Positions 39,892 through 54,554 of a stretch of DNA of 64,000 nt are shown one piece after another. The stretch is taken from contig OZ176053.1 in assembly GCA_964247055.1 (NCBI GenBank), positions 10,478,001 through 10,542,000 of the forward strand, in the 5' to 3' direction. The position numbers were made by a program, and so were the translations under genes. The first letter of the stretch is position 1. The number at the start of each line of letters is the position of its first letter. The notes below the pieces were generated by a model. That model made no database searches. It saw only the letters and a program-made list of their open reading frames with translations, and was not told where the DNA came from. This stretch comes from Paragordius varius (lineage: Eukaryota > Animalia > Nematomorpha).

Positions 39892-42344
39892 CCCCATAAA
39901 TGTTGGAAAAATGATTTAAGGCTTTAAAAAAATATTTTTGAGCTAATTTAAAAGAAGAACCGCACAAATTTTACCAAACCTCCATATGTATATTTGACTA
40001 TACAATTCGATAAAATCATCATCATCTCAGTTTTTGATTTAGAAACTTATGCCAGAACGTTATGAAAAATTTTTTAGGCCCCATTTTGGCCTTTGTTCTC
40101 ATTTTTGATTATCAAAACTTCCCAAATCATATCATATCGAAATAAGTTTTTTACTGAGAATCGTGTTGAAATTGTATTTATAATATTGGAGGTTTTGCAA
40201 GTATACGCAACTTCCGTTACGTTTCAAATTACCAATAAAAATGGGCCTAGATTAATTAATCGACTCGATATATAGGGTCAACTTTATGTATTTGTAATAG
40301 ACAGTTAAAATAAAAAATATCTATTACCACAATAGCATATTTTTTTTATATCCAATTTATGGTTTAGGTGCGATTTCTTACCTGTAATTCATGTGAGTCC
40401 TTAAGGACCCAGCTGAAAAAATCAAAAAATCTTTGCGTTTGGAATTACTGTTATGACTATTAATCAATAAAACATTGTGCAGTTTTCCTCTATCTTTAAT
40501 TTTATCGATCTGATGAGATAAAAATGTGTTTGGTGATATTCAATATCCGTGAGCTTTTAGATATCAAATTATATTGATTTCAAAACATTGAAATTTTGTG
40601 CGCACTGTCTAATTTACTTATCAGTTGTTTTAGCAATTTTTAAATTTGGGGGCTAAAATTTTGAAAATTTTAATCACTTATTATTATATAAAATGCAACA
40701 CAATGCTCACAATCGGATGTCATAAAAATTAGCTAGAAATAAATATAGACAAAATAATTAACTTTTCACATGACTTAAGCGTCAAAACCAAAGCACCGTA
40801 TATCTCTTGATATATGTTTTCTATCAAAATATTATTTCGGATTATTATCACAGTTTAATTTGATGGAAAACACTTAATAGGCATTTTTGGAATTAGTTGT
40901 TTTTCAGTTCTACATGACTTACATCCCATAAACTTTATAAATAACCTTTAAAAAAATTAATAATTTTTCGCTAAAATAAAATAAAAGTATTTTGTCTGTT
41001 TAACATTTGGAAATCATGTTCACATGTTTTTCAATACAAATTGGGATATCGCCGACCAAATGTAATGCACCAAAATATAAAAGAGATCATCTAAAATTAC
41101 TTTATATATCTTGTTTATTGTTTGACCTAACAAGAATGTAGATGAGCAGATAACAAGCGAAAATGAAAATTATTGTAAACATTACGCATAAAACCTATCC
41201 TAATAAATATATACTCTGATAGACAAGTGCATCAGGATCATGGTTTTAACAAGCCACTTAATAAAATACACTTTTGAGCTTGTCCATATCAAAAAAGTGC
41301 CAAATTACAGCATATATTTTTTGGTGATATAGTTGTTTATTTCAAATATTATCATTACAATTATTACAAACTAAATTGAAATAACAAAGCTACATTTATG
41401 TTTAACATTAATTTTAGATATACGAATGTCTCAAATCTTTGAACTCTCTAAAATCTAATATCCTCAAACAAACGTAAAATGTCAAGATGCCACGATGCCG
41501 CGATAAATTTTCTAAACATGCTATATTTAATTTAATATACATTTTGCCTCAAAAATTAATTTTTATCTGAATTTCGTTTCACCGTATTTTATGGTAAACT
41601 GAAGCATACGGTGCATAATCAAAAGGTATAAAACAATATACTGATAAAATAAATATTTGGAAAAAGAATTAAGAATTTCACGCACCTCGTTTTTGGATCT
41701 AAGTTATTTAAGAACTCTGATTATTTTAAATTGAATATCAAAAAATCGGGAAATTTGGCCACATTATGGTAAGTTTTTGGTAAATGGCTCTTTATCAAAA
41801 AATATGATAAACTACCATAGATATATTCAAAAGGCTAAGCATTTTTTTATAAAAAATTCTTAGAAATGGGGTATCAAATTGACTCCTCTAAAATTGGCAA
41901 GTTTCCAAAATAGGCGCTAAGCTTAAAAATAATCTTACCTTAACATTTTAGGCGCAATGAACATAAATTTTTTTAATGTAATAATGTATTAAAATCCTAA
42001 TCTCAATTTTTTTCGCCGCAAGATGATTTGATAATATATATGTGTATCATAGAGTTAGAAATTTCAAATAATTAACTTCATAAACCTTTTAGGCTAACCT
42101 TTACCAGCAAAGACTGATATATTTAGATTTTAATTGCAATATCAGCTGTTCGGTTTAACTTTGTCCTCCACAATTTTAAAGAAATACACAAAACTGAAAA
42201 AATATAAATCTAATAAATGATAACAATGTTTAATAACTTAATTTTAACTAAATTTCAAAACCTTTAGAAAATTGAGCTGTGGGATATAAAACCCCATAGG
42301 TAGATTGACCAGACGTCCCCACGATTACTACAACACATTTTCAG

Positions 42345-42840
42345 TCCTTCGATTCAAATTAAGGTAGTTTTGGATACACCAGGCCTGTGATAAATTAGAC
42401 ATTTCAAAAATATTAACTGAATTGGAACGATGGCAAAAATATGCACTTATATAACATTAATGAACCGAAATATATATAAAAGCTCATTCAAAAATATTTT
42501 ATATAATTTATTTTAAAATAAAAAGGTAAAAATTAAGTCAACATGACTTGTGTGCACTAGCTAAATTTAAAAATAATACAAAATAAACCACTTTTTTGTT
42601 TCTATCAATATATGAGATTTAAATGAAAAATTAGCTTTAATTTTAACTTTAAAATTAAATAAACACGATATTTTGCAAAAATTTTGCAAAATAAAAATGG
42701 CATCCAAGTAGTTTAATATGGAACTTTTTTTCAAAACCATATTTTATTTTCATATTTCAACTTATTTTTATAATTTTTAGGATAGAAGCATAAATTTAAA
42801 CTGAAACCGTTTCCTTCAGTAAATTTTCAAAATTTCAACT
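42345..42840 (+). mobile_element. Diverged third copy of the piggyBac-like MITE family, right end eroded
   Basis: ccttcgattcaaattaaggtag..caccaggcctg start; interior colinear with 2244-2740. Confidence 0.6.
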
Positions 42841-45681
42841 TTAATATACTCTGGAGCAGTGGTACTCACCAAAAAAATTTGTCGGGCCAAATAAAATATA
42901 TCATTTTTTTTGAGGGCCATGAACCAATGGAAAATATTCCATAGCTATTTGACTTATATGCACATATTTATACTCTAAATCAGCACAATGAATTTTATGC
43001 GAATCGCATGTAAATCCAGCTAGAAACTCGTTTTGCACCATTTAAAAAATTAAAATATTTCGTTAACATTTATTTTGATATTAACCAATAATTTTTGACA
43101 AATTTGGTTTCGCCTCTTCTCTTCAAATTAAAAAATTAACTCAAATCATCCAATACATTTTGTTCTAGGAGACAAAAACCCATAAATTGGGTAAATTAAC
43201 ATTTTTTATCACAAATAATCTTTATCATCGTATTATATTTAAACAAATGTTATTTTATGTTTTAGGATGTTAATAATGATTGTTTAAATATCATTGTGTA
43301 ATATGTTGACTTTTATTTTAAAAAATAAATGAAATTTTTACACTTTTTACTGGTTTTATGTAAAAAAGCTAATATTAACTCAGCTGTATATACTAGACTC
43401 TTTATTTGATCTGATATTTTTGACATTTAGCATTATTTGTTCAAAAATACTGAACTTTATGCCTAAAAAATATAAAAAAATATAATCCATACAAAGTAAT
43501 TTATTATTTATAAATTAGCATGTCCGACGGGTATAAAACATGAAAACAGTTTTAAATAGAATACCATCAATAAATATTTTCATCCTATAATTATTTTATT
43601 CGACTGAGTCTTTTGATGCTTTTTTATAATAGCAAAAAGAAGAATAATTAAATTATACGGTTAATGAACAAATCCAAATTTAATAATCTTTAGTAAAATA
43701 AAGTGAATAATAACTAAAGTGTTGATTTTGGTTAGAAGATTTTAAGACACCGATAAACTATCTTAATTTAGGAATGAAAGTAAATTAGGTGTAATACATA
43801 AAGAACAAATTAGATAATAATTTATTTATTTATAATTTATATATATATATATATATATATAATCACAAATTAAATTTATATTATTCGGTAAGTTTTTCTA
43901 AAAGGTTTTAATATGATTCCCTTTTCGCCTCTTTGATCTGTAACGGCGTCTTTAGGAAATTAACACAGATGGAAATCCACCATACGAAGTTTAAGACTCA
44001 TGCGGCATCCTTTATCTTTGGATAAAAAATTACAAATGTTTAAATAACATATGTATAACACATATACCCAACCTATAGAAAGAGTCGAAGCAATTGGCTT
44101 TCGAGTTAATTGTTTTTTAAATTTCCCAAAATATTTTGGGAAAAAGTCCACGATTCAACCCATGCCGGTCTTTCTGTGGGTTGCATTTTGATTCAAACGC
44201 CACATTGTCATCTAAAATTAAATGTATAAAGCTTCCACATTTTTATCAAGACTACACAAAAATATTTTGGCCAATCCAAGCAGCGTGTGCAATGGCGGCT
44301 GTGCCGATATTGACCGAGAAAATATTTGATTCTTGGGCTCAACTTCATAATTTCTTAATAGCCAATTTTTTTGTGTAGTGGTTCTCGGTCTCACACGAGT
44401 CCCACTCACAGAGGGGGCAAAAAAATATTGGAACTTTTTATATTACAAACAGTAATCCCATGACCTATAAAAAATATTATAATTTTAAAGTTTTAATCCT
44501 ATGTAACATGCGATTAACGATAACCGTATTTACCAGTTCGAAAATGTTTTCCGAAACCTCATAGGCTTCCTTAACACGAGAAGCTATTATAATTGGCCTG
44601 AGTTCTCCCTCACAAAAACCTTTCAAACTTTTCTAATCAAATATTGTTTAACTGAGAAGCGTCCAGAAACAATAAAATAAAAATATTTTGTATAAGAATT
44701 ATATTTTTTATATTTTTAGGCATAAAATTGAGTATTGTTAAGCAAATATATGGTAAGAAAAGAGCTAGTTTCACCTGGGTAAATAGCTTTTTTTACATAA
44801 AAAACGCCAATAGTGTAAAAATTAAATATATCTTTAAAAATATAACTCAACAAAACTTTAACACATTAATTTTTACTTAAACAAACACTATTAACATCCA
44901 AAAACATAAAATTAAGTTTATTTTTATTTAATATAATAAAAAATATTGTCAAAAAATGTTAACCTACCCATATAATTTTTTTATTTTGAAGATAAAGAGT
45001 GGTCTTAAAACCATTATATGCCACATATTTGTTTACCTAAAGAAAAATATTTACAAACGAGAAAATATTGGAGATGTTTAAATTTGGAAAAAGTTTCATA
45101 TCTCGAAAATGAGTTCGATAGATAAGATTTTTTTACACAGATCTGATCAACCATAAGGAATCAGGAGATATAAAATATTTATGATCCAGAATAAGTTGTG
45201 TCACAGTCTAATTAAGACAACTACAAAACACGCTAATTTTTTAATCCATAAATATCAAGTTTTTGCTGGTAAAATGCACGAAATTCTAAAATCTAATCAT
45301 TTGCAACTTCTGATCCATTCATTTGTTTGGTTATTGTATTAGCACTTTAAAAATTTGAAGAAAAAGGTGGCGAAAATGTTTTAAACATAGATCTTTATGC
45401 AATTAATTTTTCAAAAAATTATATTATGCGCCTAAATGCTAAGGAAAACACATTTTTAAATTCGGCATGATACCTTGAATACTAAAGATATTTAATCTAA
45501 TTGCTCTAAGATATAAACCACCCCCAAAGGTCATTAGCTATATAGATCATGATATAGATTGATTATATTATGTGTCAAATATATTTTATTTGACATAATG
45601 CGCTTTAATTTTCTGAAAACCAAATATTCTGATATATTTATCATAAATTAATTTACTAAATTGCTACTATCATGTAAACAG

Positions 45682-46222
<541 letters not shown>

Positions 46223-46355
46223 TTACAATTCTATACATATGTATAAAAAATACTTGCCAAATAATTTATTTTCATATATACCGGGTAAAGATATTATATA
46301 AATGCAACTAGTCTCCATATTTTATTATAAAATAAATTTTTATATCTGGATTACA

Positions 46356-48422
46356 TTAATTATTATCAAAAAATGTGCCAAATGACTGTTGGGTAATATC
46401 TTTATTATTCATGATATTAGTGTGAGGCGGGAAATGATTCGAAAAAGCGGTTAAATTATCGATTAAATGACTGTTTCTGTCGGTTTCAATGTTTGAACTC
46501 GGATCAGTTGTATTATTTATGTAATATAATGATGCATTGATTTCGGAATCGGGTTGTTCTTGCGTGTTTGGATAAAACTGATAACTTGAATAATCTTAAT
46601 TAAAATAAAAATGATGTAACCAACAAATAATCAGAAATAATGTAAAACTCGGTAAAGAAATTAGTTATTTTAATTGCTTTTAATTAACCTAAAAGTTTTA
46701 ATTAATTTAGTGTATAAAATTACCTTGGTTATGATTACCATTATGGAACAACATTGTTTGTGCCTCCATTTCTGGTTGTGATGGTAACAAAAGATTGTGT
46801 TGATTAGAAATATTTAAATCGACTGATTGATCGATAGGAATAGTTTGCTGTTCATCATAATGATAATATGGTGGTAAATGTGTTTGGTTTGAAGAAGCCT
46901 GAAAAAAAATCATACAGAAAATATAATAAATGTCAAAAAATCTAAAAATGAAAAGTTTCGCACAGAACTATGTTTTGTCTATCTCAATTATAATTGTTCT
47001 ATTTTACACAAAATGTAAAGTATAATCATTGTTTCTTCTAAATTTTGCTAGATAAAAAAACTCTAGCAAATCAAACTAATATTCCAAAGTTATTTCTTAC
47101 AAATAGTCCATAATATTATTTACACTGTCATACCATATCCAAATAATTTAGGGCTTGATTTGGTTCCTCCAAAGGGGGTATGTATCCTGAATTTGGTAAA
47201 ATATTATTCGGTTCTGAAACATGGTGTGATCCGGGAATGTTAAGATCAGTTAAATTTGGCTCTTGAGCAAAGTTTGTAGTTATAGATTCCATTTTATGTT
47301 CATTAATGTCAACTGTTGTGTTGGATGATGGTAAAACAGAGGGATTTGTGCTTTTAGATTGTGTTAATGCAATTGATTCATATTTGAGCAGCAATTGCAT
47401 GATTTCCTCCTTAAGTGCTCTCATTTTATTGGAAATCTCCTAATAAAGGGTGATATATTTTAATGTTTGTTTGAAAACATTTAAAATAACGCGTAAACTC
47501 AAATAAATCACTATTAAATTGGGTTTTCTACCATAAAAAGTTATTACATAAAAAACACATATTAGAGTCAATATAGATATTCTAATTGGTGTTCAGAGTA
47601 AAATTTGTATGTAAGCAAATATAAATGTTTACCATAAACTAATTATAAAGCATTTATAACCAAGAATATGGCTTTTTGACGTCTAGTTAAAAGCATTTTA
47701 TACAAAAATAGTCACCTTTCGCCGTGCTAAATTAGATAAGGCGATATCATCATTTTCCAAATCGTCATCGCGGTCATCCTCATTGTCAGAGATTCTGCCA
47801 GGTTTGTTCGATTGTTCATTTCTCTGTTTGCGTTTAAACTTTTTAAGTTTTTTCATATGTTTCCTGTATTGGACGGAAACGTTAGATTTTGTGGTTAGAA
47901 GCCAAACAGGTGCACCCTTTCCTTGTTCTTTATCCAATGAATCAATATTATTTGCATCATGGTTATTACTGTTATTTAAGGGGTATACGGGATTTTCAAT
48001 GTTAATGGCTATGGCACCTCCAGTTTTGTACCATTCATATTCTGAGCCTGTCTTATACTTCATGGCATTGTTGCGCCATGATCTGTAATTATAAAATGAT
48101 TTTATAAATAAATTATTTGAATATAAAATATGATGGAGTAATCCATGGTGATTAAGTGATTCCTTTATTAATACGCCTCTTACTGTCTAACCATAAATTA
48201 CGGCGGTATAGTTCAAAGCAGAAATGCCCAACAAAATGATTTGGCCGCATTTGAAATATATATATATATATATATATATTATTAGATTTCAAAAATAAGC
48301 CTGAAAAATTTAAACGCAATATAACAATTTCCAGTTCTTGCCAATTGAATCGGACTTATTTAGAAAAAAAATTGTCTAAGATATTTTGGAGCACCGCTTG
48401 TTACACACACACCTGATTTAAA

Positions 48423-48470
<48 letters not shown>

Positions 48471-51030
48471 TAATAAAATTAAAAACTATTTTTCTTAAAA
48501 GTAAGTAGTCTTACTTTAAAAAAAATAATTGCATTGATGTTAATGCGCTTTGATTTTACAACATCGAATATATATGATTTGTATGTTATTCTTAAAACAC
48601 TCTATAAAACAATTTTAGGCTATATTAACATCAGTTTCAATAAAATATTCAGCAAAATTATATCCATCATTTTATAATATTAATTTTGGCCCCAAGTTTA
48701 ATTCTTTTTGTCAGATTTTAGTTACATAATTTTGTTTTAAGTCTTGTAAGTTTAAGATTAATAATTACTAAATATTAACACTGTCATCACTGATAGATAC
48801 GAAAAATCGCTTCTTTACAATTTATGATTTATTATTAATTTTAGACATTCGTTAAAGTGGTAATTATTTAAGAACCAATTTTTATTTATGAATACTATTT
48901 TTGACTACAAAAGATTATTATAATAAAGTTAAAGAATAAATATGGCACATAAATCTTGTAAATTAATTGAAAAACTTTGACTTTTATAAATAAATTTCAT
49001 AATGAGACGGCAAATAATTGTTATTTGGTGACGAAAACCCCCCTCTTTCCCCAAAAAAAGTCAAATAATAAAATTAATAATTTGAAAGTTTAGCAGCTTG
49101 AACAGATAAAAAATGATTTTTGATACAAAAATCATACTTTAAATCTGTGATCCCCGGTTTTCCACCAAACCCTGATGAGGAGGATTGTAACGGATTAAAT
49201 GGTTGATTAGCATTAATAATGTTATTGAGATCCAAGTCTAGAGGGTCAGGTTTTACTAAATGCGGAGCCAGGATAACGCTTTCCATTTTGCGTAACAAAG
49301 TGAAAAAGACCTCGAATTGCGTGTTGAAAAGCGTAATCATTTTCCGTACATCACGTTTCGTTGTAACTGTCGTAACAGAGGTACTTGTAGATTTTCTATT
49401 CATTGAAGAATATTTGTCATATATGATTGTTTTAAAATGTAAAATCTGTCTCAAAGTTTGTAGAGCGCCATTCAACTTATCTGATCTTTTTTTATTTAGT
49501 TATATTTTAGAAATAGAGGCCGGTATTAAGCCGTCTATTTTCTCATAAATTTATTGAAGGATATCAAAATATAGTAAATGTAAACTAAGTTTGTTTTAGT
49601 AGCTAAAATGAAACATTTTTGGACTACAAATAATAAGTTCTGGTTAATTAAAACAAAAAAATAGTATATAAAAAAACATAGAAAGTAAAAATTAATTTTT
49701 GCTCTTCCTTTTATAAACATGCCACTATAATAGTTTCTGTCACATTCGTAATTCCAAATCATATAAAAAAGTTTATAAAAACTCTCACTTTTCACTGTTT
49801 TAAACTAGATCGATATTTTACGCAAGGAAAGAAAAAAAATTCCATATTTCCATATTAGATTCAAATCCTAAATTTGTATCGCTAAAATTTGAAAAAACAT
49901 TTCACCAAAAAGTTTTACATTTTATTTTCCATTGATTTGACTGATGAGGATTGTTGGGAATCGTTGGAATTTTCTTCCTCATTCAAATTATCATCTTTGG
50001 ATTCTTCCAAGGCCATCTTTTCATTGCTTATTTTCTCGTCATCATCTCCATATATAACAACGGTAGAACCACACACCTCGCAAAACATTTCTCCACTTGA
50101 TGGGTCAAATAAGCGTTGAATATCCAAGTCTGTATACCTCGCACCTAAAATCACATATAAAGTTAACAAGATTGTCATATTGATTAAAATTTAAAAAAGA
50201 TACCGCGAGAATATATATATATATATATATATATGGGTAGGAACATCATGTTTTCAGAATGGAGCAAATTATTATTTATACAATGATTTTTATAATAAAG
50301 AGGAAAACAAAGTGCTATATTATAAAACTTTTATTATCAAAAGGCAAAGTGTTGAAATATAAGGAAACATTTATTTAATTACTAAATATTAAGAATATGT
50401 ACCGCATGGATTGGTTTCATCTTCAGAAACGCAAATAAATGTGGAACGAGTGGAAGCACTTGATTCTTGTTTTTCCAAAGTCTCACCCATTTTATCCAAT
50501 TTGTAGCGGATGACATTGATAGATGTGTGATAATCAATGTAATAATACACGTATTGGTTTTGGTGACTTTTGGTTTCATCCATCTCCTTTGAATCACCCG
50601 AATTCGATATTATCACACGGATTTGATACTTGACAATTTTGTCGGCCTTAAGAGGTGCAAGTAGTGTCCGTAAATGTTTCCGGTCAAACCTTAAAAGTTC
50701 AGCTAATTGATCCTCCCGGATAGATGGATAGTGAATTAGATAATCAACAACTATGCCATGTTCCAAACCATAAAAAGCTGAAATCGCCAATCTAACTAAA
50801 CGTTTCATAGTTTTGGGTACTTTTTCAAAACAATTAGGTTCCGATTCTGGAGGGCGTTGATTGCCAACAATATTTTTATCAGGGTTAGATTTAACTTTCT
50901 CGTTGGCGTCCTGTAATAACTTTTGACGCTTGTTAGGTATGGGTTTTGAAACAGTTTTTTGTTGATTAGATCCCAATCCCAGCAAGGTTTTTAGATAATC
51001 TGACCCTTGAGCACTATTGTAAAAATCCAT
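46356..51030 (-). CDS. GTF2E1: General transcription factor IIE subunit alpha, enlarged (~760 aa), 7 predicted exons
   Basis: Exons 51030-50403, 50144-49919, ~49485-49138 (acceptor uncertain), 48082-47716, 47439-47134, 46898-46724, 46594-46356. Motifs matching TFIIE-alpha: VPKTMKRLVRLAISAFYGLEH, LLRFDRKHLRTLL..LKADK, YYIDY..INVIRYKLDKM, zinc ribbon C..C/CEVC, DVRKMITLFNTQFE..FTLLRKME, APVWL, MRAL. The last two exons are less certain. Confidence 0.88.
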
Positions 51031-51070
51031 ACCGTAGTTGCGAATGATCAAATCCGCATATGATTAACAA
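51031..51070. promoter_or_regulatory. 40-bp spacer between divergent GTF2E1 and IDH3B start codons (candidate bidirectional promoter or overlapping 5' UTRs)
   Basis: ATG at 51030-51028 (minus) and 51071-51073 (plus). Regulatory function is inferred from the geometry only. Confidence 0.4.
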
Positions 51071-54000
51071 ATGTTAGTTTGCCGATTTACTAATGTATGT
51101 TAAAAATTATATTTTTAGAATTTGTTAAATAAAATAAGTTGTGCCGGATATGCTACCAAAGTTGCGTCTGTACCGGTAGTTTATTCCTAATATTTAGCAC
51201 AATGAATTGGAAACAAAAAGAACAGTAACCATGATTCCTGGGGATGGTGTTGGTCCAGATCTTATGGAATCTGTGAAAGATGTTTTTAAACATATTGGAG
51301 CGCCGATAACATTTGAAGAAATGCAACTAAGGTTAACACAGTGTTTTATCATAAAATTTGATTGAGAACGAAGATATATAAGGATTTATATTTTTTTCTA
51401 TGTACTTTATCATTTTGTTTATTTTTATCTTGATCCTAATGACAATCACTTAAATTTAATTTTATTGTAATTCCATTAAATAATATGTTGTTTTATATTT
51501 TAAACCATATTTCTTTATTTAACGAATAATTATGTCCTTTCGGATTTTGTAGTTTTTCTTTAATTTTGCTTAAACAAGAATCAGTTTAAATGAATTTTAT
51601 GATGCAATGATAAAAGCATTTAAAAACATTCATTTTTACTATTATAACTTTTTTGTTGCATAAGAAACATAAATATTTGGTTTTAGCGAAATAAACCCAT
51701 CGCGTCATGTTTCTTTCGATAATGTGTTGGAATCAATATTACGAAACCGTGTAGCAATAAAAGGCAATATTCGTTCATCACAGGGCATGTATCTGGATGA
51801 TATGCAAACTCTAAATATGAGAATGAGGTTTCCCCCCTAAATTTATTTTATGGTAGAAAAGCTTTGGATCTTTATGCAAACGTAGTTTGGATCAATAGTG
51901 TTCCGGGTCTTAAAACACGGCATGATGACCTCAATTTTGTCATTATACGTGAACAAACAGAAGGCGAATATAGTGCACTCGAACATGAAGTAAGTTGCTT
52001 GTCTTTTTAAATATAGAATAAGATAAAATTTTATGTGAATATATATTTTAGGGTTTTTTTAGTTCCTTAGGTTTTTACAAAGATAATATTACGCTCAATT
52101 CTTTTTACAATATGCTTTCACATAGGCTAGGCTTTACGAGATACTTAGCGTTAAAGGTTAAAAATGGGGCCTTTTTTTATAGTTTTACTATTCTTTGAAA
52201 CGTTTAATAGACTTTGCACTTTATATTTATGAATACAGTTCAATAATAATGGTATTTTTATAGAAATTTAATTTTAAAGTATTTGCGGATAGAAATCTAC
52301 CCTAAATGATAATTAGGAGTTGAGAGAGTAAACCGTATATTTTAACAAACGTTATGTAAAAAAGTGGGCATTATAAAAAATATAATACTGTTTGTTTTTT
52401 AGAGTGTTCCGGGTGTAGTTGAAAGTCTCAAGATTATAACTCGCGTTAAATCTAAACGGATTGCAAAATTTGCATTTGATTTTGCTGTCAAGTATGGTCG
52501 TAAAAAGGTAACTGCCGTTCATAAAGCCAACATTATGAAATTAGGTAATTTTTTGATGAGTTTTTTAAATATTTGATATTGCTTTTTTATGATATGAATT
52601 GGAATAAATTATGATAACATAAAAATCTAATAATCTTTCCCTGTCATGAAAATATCTGGGTTTTATCAAACTATCATATATATATATATATATTTAAATG
52701 CGATTAATTACGTTTTAGCCATTTTTTGAGCCCAAATAAGATACCGTTGTTTTACATAGATATATTTTTTTCATTTATTGTGGTGTACAGGGGATGGATT
52801 GTTCCTTAACTGTTGTCGTGAAATATCGGAACTGTATCCGTCGATTAAATTTACGGACACTATCGTAGATAATTGTTGCATGCAATTAGTTTCAAATCCT
52901 TGGCAATACGATGTGATGGTCATGCCCAATCTGTACGGAAATATAGTTGATAATTTAGCTGCTGGATTGGTTGGAGGGGCTGGCGTGGTCCCAGGCCAAA
53001 GTCATTCAGATTCTGTCGTTATATTTGAAACGGTATAATGAAAATATTAAATAATGTAATAGAGAATGTATGGTGAATTGGGTTGGGTAGGAAACCGGTT
53101 AGGAACTTTGGGTGTGATTGCTGAAAGATAAATTACAAAAATTTTCACAAAATTACCTAAATAATTTTTATGTAAATTATTAATTATCAGTGCAATTATT
53201 GTGTTAATGTTTTAACTGTAGGACCGGTTAGGAACCCTGAGTGTGATTGCTGAAAGATAAAAAATTTTCAAAAATTATCACACAAAATAGCCTAATAATT
53301 TTTATGTAAATTATAAATTATCAGTGCAATTATTGTGTTAATGTTTTAACTTAATCGTTTTTAAGTAAAAACATATATTATGCTTCTAGCCATAAATGAC
53401 TGCCTTTATAAGGGTCAAGACCGGTTAATGACGGGTCAAAAACCCTAAATGTATGGTTTGGCTTTTGTTATTATTATTATTCAAAGTGAAATTCTATTGC
53501 TTATATGTTATAATTTAGTAATATGTTTGTTTAAAACTTATTCCAAACCAATTATATTTTCATTACCACATAATTATAAATGGCTACGCCAATAATAAAA
53601 CAAAAAAAATGATTAAATTTTCAACTTACATAAAAAAATTGATATATCTAAAACTAGCGTTTCATTAAAGCCACAGCTGCAATAATTAAAGAAACTTAAG
53701 TTATTATTTATAAGTTAAATAGTTTTTTCTCATATTTTAGTTTGACTAATTTATATGTATTTCTAAATAATTAAATTTATAAAATTAATTAATATTCTCT
53801 GTCAAATGTAAAATTAAACAAAAATATACAAAAAAGTACACAATAAAAGCGTTAAATGATTTGAAAAATGACTGATTATTTTGTTTTGTATATATAAGGG
53901 AGCACGTCACCCTTTTGCCGAAGCTGTGGGAAAACACATTGCTAACCCGACCGCTATGCTTTGGTCTGCTTCCAATATGCTCGGTCACCTACAATTATTC

Positions 54001-54554
54001 AAATACCAAAAAGCCATCAAAGATGCCATGTTTAAGGTCATTAAGGATGGCAAAGTATTATAATAAAATTATATATATTATTGGATTTTTACGAATGAAT
54101 TACAAGATGAGAGATAGTAATATGAATAATAATTTGACAAATTAGTTAGTATAAAATACGAGTTAGGGAAAATTTTAGTTTGTTTTGAAACTTACTGTTT
54201 TTTTGGAAAAACTGCACTCCATTTTTTAAAAATTAAATAAGCTTTAAAATATGAATTCGTATTATAATAAACGGTAAATACTCTAAATAAATAATTTTAA
54301 AAAGAAATCCTTATGTAAAATTTATGAGCTCCACATGTTATTTTTCATGATACTAAACATTCTTTTCTAACTAACCATAAATTTTTTTACAAATTGTATA
54401 AAATTTGATTAAAAAAATTATTTTTTTGATAAAAAACAATAGGTTGACAATACCTTTTTTTATGTTTCGATTATAGGTTAGAACCCGAGATATGGGTGGA
54501 TATGCGCGGACAAAAGAATTTACGCAAGCCGTAATTAATGCTATTGAGATGTGA
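51071..54554 (+). CDS. IDH3B: NAD-dependent isocitrate dehydrogenase subunit beta, mitochondrial, 368 aa, 9 exons
   Basis: Exons 51071-51094, 51119-51175, 51198-51331, 51687-51827, 51857-51989, 52403-52544, 52791-53032, 53899-54054, 54477-54554 (1107 nt). [56 protein letters not shown] and VRTRDMGGY favour the beta subunit over gamma or alpha. Confidence 0.93.
53091..53351 (+). repeat. ~130-bp tandem direct duplication in IDH3B intron 7
   Basis: accggttaggaa..gtgtgattgctgaaagataaa..taatttttatgtaaatta..ttatcagtgcaattattgtgttaatgttttaact occurs twice. Confidence 0.8.

Noticed and set aside
38440-40412. Candidate minus-strand micro-exons (e.g. 40382-40412, 39093-39155) and plus-strand ORF 38450-38788
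   Set aside because: Splice-like boundaries exist, but I could not join them into a consistent frame or recognise a family.
49440-49490. bHLH-like helix KRSDKLNGALQTLRQIL
   Set aside because: The same ORF continues into sequence aligning with TFIIE-alpha (DVRKMITLFNTQFE..), so it is an insert or intron of GTF2E1, and no helix 2 follows.
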